Shown here in pieces: positions 46,901 through 62,180 of a DNA stretch of 64,000 nt. Both the position numbers and the translations under genes were made by a program. Within the stretch, counting starts at the first letter, position 1, and the number at the start of each line of letters is the position of its first letter. The notes beneath the pieces were generated by a model, which was not told where the DNA came from, did not search any database, and saw only the letters and a list, made by a program, of their open reading frames with translations. The stretch lies in NCBI RefSeq assembly GCF_009914755.1, contig NC_060937.1, one strand, 5' to 3'. This stretch comes from the human T2T-CHM13v2.0 reference genome, Homo sapiens.

Positions 46901-48270
46901 AAGTACATCAAATATAGATTATATACTGTACATAAAATATCAAAGTACCCCAAATATATATTATATACTCTACATGAAATATCAAAGTTCACAAACTATA
47001 TATTATATACTGTACATAAAATATCAAAGTACCCAAGGTATATATTCTATACTGTACAAAAAATATCAAAGTATCCAAAGCATGTATTATATACTGTATA
47101 TAAAATATGAAAGTATATTAAATATATATTTTATTCTGTACATAAAATATCAAAGTACACCAGATATATATTCTATAGTGTACATAAAATAACAAAGTAC
47201 GCAAACTATAAATTATATACTGTACATAAAATATGAAATTACATCAAATATATATTAGGTACATAAAATATGAAAATACATCCAATATAGTTTATATACT
47301 GTACATAAAATACCAAAGTACCCCAAATATATATTTTATACTGTACATGAAATATCAAATTCACAAGCTATATATTATATACTGTACATAAAATATCAAA
47401 GTACCCTAGGTATATATTCTATACTGTACAAAAAATATCAAAGTACCCAAAGCATGTATTATATACTGTACATAAAATATGAAATTACATCAAATATATA
47501 TTTTATTCTGTACATAAAATATCAAAGTAAACCAAATATATATTCTATACTGTACATAAAATATCAAAGTATCCATACTATACATTATATACTGTAAATA
47601 AAATATGAAATTACATCAAATATATATTATATTAGGTACATAAAATATGAAAGTACATCAAATATATATTATATACTGTACATAAAATACCAAAGTACCC
47701 CAAATATATATTTTATACTGTACATGAAATATCAAAGTTCACAAACTATATATTATATACTGTACATAAAATATCAAAGTACCCAAGGTATATATTCTAT
47801 ACTGTACAAAAAATATCAAAGTACCCAAACATGTATTATATACTGTACATGAAATATGAAAGTACATCAAATATATATTTTATTCTGTACATAAAATATC
47901 AAAGTACACCAAATATATATTCTATACTGTACATAAAATATTAAAGTACCCAAACTATACATTATATACTGTACATAAAATATGAAATTACATCAAATAT
48001 ATATTATATTAGGTACACAAAATATGAAAATACATCCAATATAGATTATATACTGTACATAAAATACCAAAGTACCCCAAATGTATATTTTATACTGTAC
48101 ATGAAATATCAAAGTTCACAAGCTATATATTATATACTGTACATAAAATATCAAAATACTCAAGGTATATATTCTATACTCTACAAAAAATATCAAAGTA
48201 CCCAGAGCATGTATTATATACTGTACATAAAATATGAAAGTACATCAAATATATATTTTATTCTGTACAA

Positions 48271-51200
48271 AAAATATCAAAGTACACCAAATATATATTC
48301 TATACTGTACATAAAATATCAAAGTACCCAAACTATACATTATATACTGTACATAAAATATGAAATTACATCAAATATATATTATATTAGGTACAGAAAA
48401 TATGAAAGTACATCAAATATAGATTATATACTGTACATAAATCACCAAAGTACCCCAAATATATATTTTATACTGTACATGAAATATCAAACTTCAGAAA
48501 CTATATATTATATACTGTACATAAAATATCAAAGTACTGAAAGTATATATTCTATACTGTACAAAAAATATCAAAGTACCCAAAGCATGTATTATATATT
48601 GTACATGAAATATGAAAGTACATCAAATATATATTTTATTCTGTACATAAAATATCAAAGTACACCAAATATATATTCTTTACTGTACATAAAATATCAA
48701 AGTACCCAAACTATACATTATATACTTTACATAAAATATGAAATTACATCAAATATATATTATATTAGGTACATAAAATATGAAAGTACATCAAATATAC
48801 ATTATATACTGTACATAAAATACCAAAGTACCCCAAATATATATTTTATACTGTACATGAAATATCAAAGTTCACAAACTATATATTATATACTGTACAT
48901 AAAATATCAAAGTACTCAAGGTATATATTCTATACTGTACAAAAAATATCAAAGTACCCAAAGCATGTATTATATACTGTACATAAAATATGAAAGTACA
49001 TGAAATATATATTTTATTGTGTACAAAAAATATCAAAGTACACCAAATATATATTCTATACTGTACATAAAATATCAAAGTACCCAAACTATACATTATA
49101 TACTGTACATAAAATATGAAATTACATCAAATATATATTAGTTACATAAAAAATGAAAGTAGATCAAATATAGATTATATCCTGTACATAAAATACCAAA
49201 GTACCCCAAATAAATATTTTATACTGTACATGAAATATCAAAGTTCACAAACTATATATTATATACTGCACATAAAATATCAAATCACCCAAGGTATATA
49301 TTCTATACTGTACAAAAAATATCAAAGTACCCAAACCATGTATTATATAAGGTACATAAAATATGAAAGTACATCAAAAATAGATTATATACTGTACATA
49401 AAATACCAAAGTACCCCAAATATATATTTTATATTGTACATGAAATATCAAAGTTCTCAAACTATATATTATATACTGTACATAAAATATCAAAGTACCC
49501 AAGGTATCTATTCTATACTGTACAAAAAATATCAAACTACCCAAAGCATGTATTATATACTGTACATAAAATATGAAAGTACATCAAATATATATTTTAT
49601 TCTGTACAGAAAATATCAAAGTACACCAAATATATGTTCTATACTGTACATAAAATATCAAAGTACCCATACTATACATTATATACTGTACATAAAATAT
49701 GAAATTACATCAAATATATATTATATTAGGTACAGAAAATATGAAAATGCATCAAATATAGATTATATACTGTACATAAAATACCAAAGTACCCCAAACA
49801 TATATTTTATACTGTACATGAAATATCAAAGTTCACAAACTATATATTATATACTGTACATAAAATATCAAAGTACCCAAGGTATATATTCTATACAGTA
49901 CAAAAAATATCAAAGTACCCAAACATGTATTATATACTGTACATGAAATATGAAAGTACATCAAATATATATTTTATTCTGTACATAAAATATCAAAGTA
50001 CACCAAATATATATTCTATAGTGTACATAAAATATCAAAGTACCCAAACTATACATTATATACTGTACATAAAATATGAAATTACATCAAATATATATTA
50101 TATTAGGTACATAAAATATGAAAGTACATCAAATATAGATTATATACTGTACATAAAATACCAAAGTACCCCAAATATATATTTTATACTGTACATGAAA
50201 TATCAAAGTTCACAAACTATATATTATATACTGTACATAAAATATCAAAGTACCCAAGATATATATTCTATACTGTACAAAAAATATCAAAGTACCCAAA
50301 CATGTATTATATACTGTACATAAAATATGAAAGTACATCAAATATATATTTCATTCTGTACATAAAATATCAAAGTACACCAAATATATATTCTATAGTG
50401 TACATAAAATATCAAAGTACCCAAACTATACATTATATACTGTACCTAAAATATGAAATTACATCAAATATGTATTATATTAGGTAAATAAAATATGAAA
50501 GTACAACAAATATAGATTATGTAATGTACATAAAATACCAAATAACCCCAAATATATATTTTACACTGTACATGCAATATCAAAGCTCACAAACTATATA
50601 TTATATACTGTACATAAAATATCAAAGTACAGAAGGTATATATTCTATACTGTACAAAAAATATCAAAGTACCCAAAGCATGTATTAAATACTGTACATA
50701 AAATATGAAAGTACATCAAATATATATTTTATTCTGTAAATAAAATATCAAAATACACCAAATATATATTCTATAGTGTACATAAAATATCAAAGTACCC
50801 AAACTCTACATTATATACTGTACATAAAATATGAAATTACATCAAATCTATATAACATTAGGTACATAAAATATGAAAGTACATCAAATATAAATTATAT
50901 ACTGTACATAAAATACCAAAGTACCCCAAATATATATTATATACTGTACATGAAATATCAAAGTTCACAAACTATATATTATATACTGTACATAAAATAT
51001 CAAAGTACCCAAGGTATATATTCTATACTGTACAAAAAATATCAAAGTACCCAAAGCATGTATTATATACTGTATATAAAATATGAAAGTACATCAAATA
51101 TATATTTAATTGTGTACATAAAATATCAAAGTACACCAAATATGTATTCTATAGTGTACATAAAATATCAAAGTACCCAAACTATACATTATATACTGTA

Positions 51201-52954
51201 CATAAAATATGAAATTACATCAAATATATATTATATTAGGTACATAAAATATGAAAGTACATCAAATATAGATTATATACTGTACATAAAATACCAAAGA
51301 ACCCCAAATATATATTATATACTGTACATGAAATATCAAAGTTCACAAACTATATATTATATACTGTACATAAAATATCAAAGTACCCAAGGTATACATT
51401 ATATACTGTACACAAAATATGAAATTACATCAAATATATGTTATATTAGGTACATAAATTATGAAAGTACATCAAATATAAATTATATACTGTACATAAA
51501 ATATCAAATTACCTCAAATATATATTATATACTGTACATGAAATATCAAAGTTCACAAACTATATATTATATACTGTACATAAAATATCAAAGTACCCAA
51601 GGTATATATTCTATACTGTACAAAAAATATCAAAGTACCCAAACATGTATTATATACTGTTCATAAAATATGAAAGTACATCAAATATATATTTAATTCT
51701 TTACATAAAATATCAAAGTACACCAAATATATATTCTATAGTGTACATAAAATATCAAAGTACCCAAACTATACATTACATACTGTACATGAAATATGAA
51801 ATTACATCAAATATATATTATATTAGTTACATAAAATATGAAAGTACATCAAATATAGATTATACACTGTACATAAAATACCAAAGAACCCCAAATATAT
51901 ATTATATACTGTACATGAAATATCAAAGTTCACAAACTATATATTATATACTGTACATAAAATATCAAAGTACCCAAGGTATATATTCTGTACTGTACAA
52001 AAAATATCAAAGTACCCAAAGCATGTATTATATACTGTACATAAAATATGAAAGTACATCAAATATATATTTAATTCTGTACATAAAATATCAAAGTACA
52101 CCAAATATATATTCTATACTGTACATAAAATATCAAAGTACCCAAACTATACATTATATACTGTACATAAAATATGAAATTACATCAAATATATATTATA
52201 TTAGGTACAGAAAATATGAAAGTACATCAAATATAGATTATATAATGTACATAAATCACCAAAGTACCCCAAATATATATTTTATACTGTACATGAAATA
52301 TCAAACTTCAGAAACTATATATTATATACTGTACATAAAATATCAAAGTACTGAAAGTATATATTCTATACTGTACAAAAAATATCAAAGTACCCAAAGC
52401 ATGTATTATATACTGTACATGAAATATGAAAGTACATCAAATATATATTTTATTCTGTACATAAAATATCAAAGTACACCAAATATATATTCTTTACTGT
52501 ACATAAAATATCAAAGTACCCAAACTATACATTATATACTTTACATAAAATATGAAATTACATCAAATATATATTATATTAGGTACATAAAATATGAAAG
52601 TACATCAAATATAGATTATATACTGTACATAAAATACCAAAGTACCCCAAATATATATTTTATACTCTACATGAAATATCAAAGTTCACAAACTATATAT
52701 TATATACTGTACATAAAATATCAAAGTACTCAAGGTATATATTCTATACTGTACAAAAAATATCAAAGTACCCAAAGCATGTATTATATACTGTACATAA
52801 AATATGAAAGTACATGAAATATATATTTTATTGTGTACAAAAAATATCAAAGTACACCAAATATATATTCTATACTGTACATAAAATATCAAAGTACCCA
52901 AACTATACATTATATACTGTACATAAAATATGAAATTACATCAAATATATATTA
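48271..52954 (+). repeat. Duplication ~48271-49140 / ~52085-52954 (offset 3,814)
   Basis: Shared ggtacagaa, aaatcacc, aacttcagaa, agtactgaaag, attctttact and tttattgtgtacaaaa. Minus-strand ORFs 48872 and 52686 are identical. Confidence 0.88.
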
Positions 52955-55900
52955 TATTAGGTACATAAAATATGAAAGTACATCAAATATAGATTATATA
53001 CTGTACATAAAATACCAAAGTACCCCAAATATATATATTATATTGTACATGAAATATCAAAGTTCACAAACTATATATTATATACTGTACATAAAATATC
53101 AAAGTACCCAAGGTATATATTCTATACTGTACAAAAAATATCAAAGTACCCAAAGCATGTATTATATACTGTACATAAAACATGAAAATACATGAAATAT
53201 ATATTTTATTGTGTACAAAAAATATCAAAGTACACCAAATATATATTCTATACTGTACATAAAATATCAAAGTACCCAAACTATACATTATATACTGTAC
53301 ATAATATATGAAATTACATCAAATATATATTAGTTACATAAAATATGAAAGTACATCAAATATAGATTATATACTGTACATAAAATACCAAAGTACCCCA
53401 AATAAATAATTTATACTGTACATGAAATATCAAAGTTCACAAACTATATATTATATACTGCACATAAAATATCAAATCACCCAAGGTATATATTCTATAC
53501 TGTACAAAAAATATCAAAGTACCCAAAGCATGTATTATATACTGTACATAAAATATGAAAGTACATCAAATATATATTTTATTCTGTACATAAAATATCA
53601 AAGTACACCAAATATATATTCTATAGTGTACAAAAAATATCAAAGTACCCAAACTATACATTATATACTGTACATAAAATATGAAATTACATCAAATATA
53701 TATTATATTAGGTACATAAAATATGAAAGTACATGAAATATATATTATATACTGTACATAAAATACCAAAGTACCCCAAATATATATATTATATTGTACA
53801 TGAAATATCAAAGTTCACAAACTATATATTATATACTGTACATAAAATATGAATGTATCCAAGGTATATATTCTATACTATACAAAAAGTATCAAAGTTC
53901 CCAAAACATGTATTATATACTGTACATAAAATATGAAAGTGCATCAAATATATATTTTATTCTGTACATAAAATATCAAAGTACACCAAATATATATTCT
54001 ATACTGTACAAAAAATATCAAAGCACCCAAACTATACATTATGTACTGTACATAAAATATGAAATTACATCAAATATATATTAGTTACATAAAATATGAA
54101 AGTACATCAAATATAGATTATATCCTCTACGTAAAATACCAAAGTACCCCAAATAAATATTTTATACTGTACATGAAATATCAAAGTTCACAAACTATAT
54201 ATTATATACTGCACATAAAATATCAAATCACCCAAGGTATATATTCTATACTATACAAAAAATATCAAAGTACCCAAAGCATGTATTATATACTGTACAT
54301 AAAATAGGAAAGTACATCAAATATATATTTTATTCTGTACATAAAATATCAAAGTACACCAAATATATATTCTATAGTGTACATAAAATATCAAAGTACC
54401 CAAACTATACATTATATACTGTACATAAAATATGAAATTACATCAAATATATATTATATTAGGTACAGAAAATATGAAAGTACATCAAATATAGATTATA
54501 TACTCTACATAAAATATCAAAGTACCCCAAATATATATAATATACTGTACATGAAATATCAAAGTTCACAAACTATATATTATATACTGTACATAAAATA
54601 TGAGTGTACCCAAGGTATATATTCTATACTATACAAAAAGTATCAAAGTACCCAAAACATGTATTATATACTGTACATAAAATATGAAAGTGCATCAAAT
54701 ATATATTTTATTCTGTACATAAAATATAAAAGTACACCAAATATATATTCTATACTGTACATAAAATATCAAAGTACCCAAACTATACATTATATACAGT
54801 ACATAAAATATGAAATTACATCAAATATATATTAGTTAAGTAAAATATGAAAGTACGTCAAATATAGATTATATACTGTACATAAAATACCAAAGTACCC
54901 CAAATATATATATTATATTGTACATGAAATATGAAAGTTCACAAACTATATATTATATACTATACATAAAATATCAAAGTACCCAAGGTATATATTCTAT
55001 ACTGTACAAAAATATCAAAGTACCCAAAGCATGTATTATATACTGTACATAAAATATGAAAGTACATCAAATATATATTTTATTCTGTACATAAAATATC
55101 AAAGTACACCAAATATATATTCTATAGTGTACATAAAATATCAAAGTACCCAAACTATACATTATATACTGAACATAAAATATGAAATTACATCAAATAT
55201 ATATTATATTAGGTACATAAAATATGAAAGTACATCAAATATAGATTATATACTGTACATAAAATACCAAAGTACCCCAAATATAGTTTATACTGTACAT
55301 GAAATATCAATGTTCACAAACTATATATTATATACTGTACATAAAATATCAAAGTAGTCAAGGTATATATTCTATACTGTACAAAAAATATCAAAGTACC
55401 CAAAGTATGTATTATATACTGTACATAAAATATGAAAGTACATGAAATATATATTTTATTGTGTACAAACAATATCAAAGTACACCAAATATATATTCTA
55501 TACTGTACATAAAATATCAAAGTACCCAAACTATACATTATATACTGTACATATAATATGAAATTACATCAAATATATATTAGTTACATAAAATATGAAA
55601 GTACATCAAATATAGATTATATACTGTACATAAAATACCAAAGTACCCCAAATATATATATTATATGGTACATGAAATATCAAAGTTCACAAACTATATA
55701 TTATATACTGTACATAAAATATCAAAGTACCCAAGGTATATATTCTATACTGTACAAAAAATATCAAAGTACCCAAAGCATGTATTATATACTGTACATA
55801 AAATATGAAAGTACATCAAATATATATTTTATTCTGTACATAAAATATCAAAGTACACCAAACATATATTCTATACTGTACATAAAATATCAAAGTACCC

Positions 55901-58900
55901 AAACTATACATTATATACTGTACATAAAATATGAAATTTCATCAAATATATATTATGTTATGTACAGAAAATATGAAAATACATCAAATATAGATTATAT
56001 ACTGTACATAAAATACCAAAGTACCCCAAATATGTATTTTATACTGTACAAGAAATATCAAAGTTCACAAACTATATATTATATACTGTACAAAAAATAT
56101 CAAAGTACTCAAGTTATATATTCTATACTGTACAAAAAATATCAAAGTACCCAAAGCATGTATTATATACTGTACATAAAATATGAAAGTACATGAAATA
56201 TATATTTTATTCTGTACATAAAATATCAAAGTACACCAAATATATATTCTATAGTGTACATAAAATATCAAAGTACCCAAACTATACCTTATATACTGTA
56301 CATAAAATATGAAATTACATCAAATATATATTATATTAGGTACATAAAATATGAAAGTACATCAAATATAGATTATATACTGTACATAAAATACCAAAGT
56401 ACCCCAAATATATATTTTATACTGTACATGAAATATCAAAGTTCACAAACTATATATTATATACTGTACATAAAATATCAAAGTACCCAAGGTATATATT
56501 GTATACTGTACAAAAAATATCAAAGTACCCAAACATGTATTATATACTGTACATGAAATATGAAAGTACATCAAATATATATTTTATTCTGTACATAAAA
56601 TATCAAAGTACACCAAATATATATTCTATAGTGTACATAAAATATCAAAGTACCCAAACTATACCTTATATACTGTACATAAAATATGAAATTACATCAA
56701 ATATATATTATATTAGGTACAGAAAATATGAAAGTACATCAAATATAGATTATATACTGTATATAAAATATCAAAGTACCCAAGGTATATATTCTATACT
56801 GTACAAAAAATATCAAAGTACCCAAACATGTATTATATACTGTACATGAAATATGAAAGTACATCAAATATATATTTTATTCTGTACATAAAATATCAAA
56901 GTACACCAAATATATATTCTATAGTGTACATAAAATATCAAAGTACCCAAACTATACCTTATATACTGTACATAAAATATGAAATTACATCAAATATATA
57001 TTATATTAGGTACATAAAATATGAAAGTACATCAGATATAGATTATATACTGTACATAAAATATCAAAGTACCCCAAATATATATTTTATACTGTACATG
57101 AAATATCAAAGTTCACAAACTATATATTATATACTGTACATAAAATATCAAAGTACCCAAGGTATATATTCTATACTGTACAAAAAATATCAAAGTACCC
57201 AAACATGTATTATATACTGTACATGAAATATGAAAGTACATCAAATATATATTTTATTCTGTACATAAAATATCAAAGTACACCAAATATATATTGTATA
57301 GTGTACATAAAATATCAAAGTACCCAAACTATACCTTATATACTGTACATAAAATATGAAATTACATCAAATATATATTATATTAGGTACATAAAATATG
57401 AAAGTACATCAAATATAGATTATATACTGTACATAAAATACCAAAGTACCCCAAATATATATTTTATACTGTACATGAAATATCAAAGTTCACAAACTAT
57501 ATATTATATACTGTACATAAAATATCAAAGTACCCAAGGTATATATTCTATACAGTACAAAAAATATCAAAGTACCCAAACATGTATTATATACTGTACA
57601 TGAAATATGAAAGTACATCAAATATATATTTTATTCTGTACATAAAATATCAAAGTACACCAAATATATATTCTATAGTGTACATAAAATATCAAAGTAC
57701 CCAAACTATACATTATATACTGTACATAAAATATGAAATTACATCAAATATATATTATATTAGGTACATAAAATATGAAAGTACATCAAATATAGATTAT
57801 ATACTGTACATAAAATACCAAAGTACCCCAAATATATATTTTATACTGTACATGAAATATCAAAGTTCACAAACTATATATTATATACTGTACATAACAT
57901 ATAAAAGTACCCAAGGTATATATTCTATACTGTACAAAAAATATCAAAGTACCCAAACATGTATTATATACTGTACATGAAATATGAAAGTACATCAAAT
58001 ATATATTTTATTCTGTATATAAAATATCAAAGTACACCAAATATATATTCTATAGTGTACATAAAATATCAAAGTACACAAACTATACCTTATATACTCT
58101 ACATAAAATATGAAATTACATCAAATATATATTATATTAGGTACATAAAATATGAAAGTACATCAAATATAGATTATATACTCTACATAAAATACCAAAG
58201 TACCCCAAATATATATTTTATACTGTACATGAAATATCAAAGTTCACAAACTATATATTATATACTGTACATAAAATATCAAAGTACCCAAGGTATATAT
58301 TCTATACTGTACAAAAAATATCAAAGTACCCAAACATGTATTATATACTGTACATAAAATATGAAAGTACATCAAATATATATTTCATTCTGTACATAAA
58401 ATATCAAAGTACACCAAATATATATTCTATAGTGTACATAAAATATCAAAGTACCCAAACTATACATTATATACTGTACCTAAAATATGAAATTACATCA
58501 AATATGTATTATATTAGGTAAATAAAATATGAAAGTACAACAAATATAGATTATGTAATGTACATAAAATACCAAATAACCCCAAATATATATTTTACAC
58601 TGTACATGCAATATCAAAGCTCACAAACTATATATTATATACTGTACATAAAATATCAAAGTACAGAAGGTATATATTCTATACTGTACAAAAAATATCA
58701 AAGTACCCAAAGCATGTATTAAATACTGTACATAAAATATGAAAGTACATCAAATATATATTTTATTCTGTACATAAAATATCAAAGTACACCAAATATA
58801 TATTCTATAGTGTACATAAAATATCAAAGTACCCAAACTCTACATTATATACTGTACATAAAATATGAAATTACATCAAATCTATATAACATTAGGTACA

Positions 58901-61900
58901 TAAAATATGAAAGTACATCAAATATAAATTATATACTGTACATAAAATACCAAAGTACCCCAAATATATATTATATACTGTACATGAAATATCAAAGTTC
59001 ACAAACTATATATTATATACTGTACATAAAATATCAAAGTACCCAAGGTATATATTCTATACTGTACAAAAAATATCAAAGTACCCAAAGCATGTATTAT
59101 ATACTGTATATAAAATATGAAAGTACATCAAATATATATTTAATTGTGTACATAAAATATCAAAGTACACCAAATATGTATTCTATAGTGTACAGAAAAT
59201 ATCAAAGTACCCAAACTATACATTATATACTGTACATAAAATATGAAATTACATCAAATATATATTATATTAGGTACATAAAATATGAAAGTACATCAAA
59301 TATAGATTATATACTGTACATAAAATACCAAAGAACCCCAAATATATATTATATACTGTACATGAAATATCAAAGTTCACAAACTATATATTATATACTG
59401 TACATAAAATATCAAAGTACCCAAGGTATACATTATATACTGTACACAAAATATGAAATTACATCAAATATATGTTATATTAGGTACATAAATTATGAAA
59501 GTACATCAAATATAAATTATATACTGTACATAAAATATCAAATTACCTCAAATATATATTATATACTGTACATGAAATATCAAAGTTCACAAACTATATA
59601 TTATATACTGTACATAAAATATCAAAGTACCCAAGGTATATATTCTATACTGTACAAAAAATATCAAAGTACCCAAACATGTATTATATACTGTTCATAA
59701 AATATGAAAGTACATCAAATATATATTTAATTCTTTACATAAAATATCAAAGTACACCAAATATATATTCTATAGTGTACATAAAATATCAAAGTACCCA
59801 AACTATACATTACATACTGTACATGAAATATGAAATTACATCAAATATATATTATATTAGTTACATAAAATATGAAAGTACATCAAATATAGATTATACA
59901 CTGTACATAAAATACCAAAGAACCCCAAATATATATTATATACTGTACATGAAATATCAAAGTTCACAAACTATATATTATATACTGTACATAAAATATC
60001 AAAGTACCCAAGGTATATATTCTGTACTGTACAAAAAATATCAAAGTACCCAAAGCATGTATTATATACTGTTAATAAAATATGAAAGTACATCAAATAT
60101 ATATTTTATTCTGTACATAAAATATCAAAGTACACCAAATATATATTCTATAGTGTACATAAAATATCAAATTACCCAAACTATACATTATATACTGTAC
60201 ATAAAATATGAAATTACATCAAATATATATTATATTAGGTACATAAAATATGAAAGTACATCAAATATAGATTATACACTGTACATAAAATACCAAAGAA
60301 TCCCAAATATATATTATATACTGTACATGAAATATCAAAGTTCACAAACTATATATTATATACTGTACATAAAATATCAAAGTACCCAAGGTATATATTC
60401 TATACTATACAAAAAATATCAAAGTACCCAAAGCATGTATTATATACTGTTCAAAAAATATGAAAGTACATCAAATATATATGTTATTCTGTACATAAAA
60501 TATCAAAGTACACCAAATATATATTCTATAGTGTACATAAAATATCAAATTACCCAAACTATACATTATATACTGTACATAAAGTATGAAATTACATCAA
60601 ATATATATTATATTAGGTACATAAAATATGAAAGTACATCAAATATAAATTATATACAGTACATAAAATATCAAAGTACCCCCAATATATATTATATACT
60701 GTACATGAAATATCAAAGTTCATAAACTATATATTATATACTGTACATAAAATATCAAAGTACACAAGCTATATATTCTATACTGTACAAAAAATATCAA
60801 AGTACCCAAAACATGTATTATATACTGTTCATAAAATATCAAAGTACATCAAATATATATTTTATTCTGTACATAAAATATCAAAGTACACCAAATATAT
60901 ATTCTATAGTGTATATAAAATATCAAAGTACCCAAACTATACATTATATACTGTACATAAAGTATGAAATTACATCAAATATATATTATATTAGGTACAT
61001 AAAATATGAAAGTACATCAAGTATAGATTATATACTGTACATAAAATATCAAAGTACCCCAAATATATATTATATACTGTACATGCAATATCAAAGTTCA
61101 CAAACTATATATTATATACTGTACATAAAATATCAAAGTACTGAAGGTATATATTCTATACTGTACAAAAAATATCAAAGTACCCAAAGCATGTATTATA
61201 TACTGTACATAAAATATGAAAGTACATCAAATATATATTTCATTCTGTACATAAAATATCAAAGTACACCAAATATATATTCTATAGTGTACATAAAATA
61301 TCAAAGTACCCAAACTATACATTATATACTGTACCTAAAATATGAAATTACATCAAATATGTATTATATTAGGTAAATAAAATATGAAAGTACAACAAAT
61401 ATAGATTATGTAATGTACATAAAATACCAAATAACCCCAAATATATATTTTATACTGTACATGCAATATCAAAGCTCACAAACTATATATTATATACTGT
61501 ACATAAAATATCAAATTACAGAAGGTATATATTCTATACTGTACAAAAAATATCAAAGTACCCAAAGCATGTATTAAATACTGTACATAAAATATGAAAG
61601 TACATCAAATATATATTTTATTCTGTACATAAAATATCAAAGTACACCAAATATATATTCTATAGTGTACATAAAATATCAAAGTACCCAAACTCTACAT
61701 TATATACTGTACATAAAATATGAAATTACATCAAATATATATTACATTAGGTACATAAAATATGAAAGTACATCAAATATAAATTATATACTGTACATAA
61801 AATACCAAAGTATCCCAAATATATATTATATACTGTACATGAAATATCAAAGTTCACAAACTATATATTATATACTGTACATAAAATATCAAAGTACCCA

Positions 61901-62180
61901 AGTTATATATTCTATACTGTACAAAAAATATCAAAGTACCCAAAGCATGTATTATATACTGTATATAAAATATGAAAGTACATCAAATATATATTTAATT
62001 GTGTACATAAAATATCAAAGTACACCAAATATATATTCTATAGTGTACATAAAATATCAAAGTACCCAAACCATACATTATATACTGTACATAAAATATG
62101 AAATTACATCAAATATATATTATATTAGGTACATAAAATATGAAAGTACATCAAATATAGATTATATAGTGTACATAAAA
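49810..62180 (+). repeat. Dispersed block copies: ~49810-52038 / ~57467-60072 (offsets 7,657 then 8,034) and a third partial copy ~61219-62180 (offset 10,889)
   Basis: ORF pairs 50302/58336, 50776/58810 and 51645/59679. A diverged HOR (gtacctaaa, gattatgtaatg, aataacccc, catgcaatatcaaagctc) occurs at about 50440, 58474 and 61330. Confidence 0.88.
56535..58336 (+). repeat. Run of 377-bp HORs (cccaaacatg, 1-bp deletion)
   Basis: ORF starts at 56828, 57205, 57582, 57959 and 58336 are exactly 377 bp apart. Confidence 0.9.

Larger units (their letters stand above)
19671..47270 (+). repeat. D-type HOR domain 2 (with an N-type island at about 26840-27720)
   Basis: acaccagat, ctctacatg, aaataacaaag and the 5-bp deletion occur throughout. 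acaccaaat is seen only at about 27085 and 27465. Confidence 0.8.

Noticed and set aside
2568-56280. Short minus-strand ORFs (71-85 aa)
   Set aside because: They appear only where a tcaaat>tgaaat variant removes an antisense stop, and they recur with duplicated blocks.
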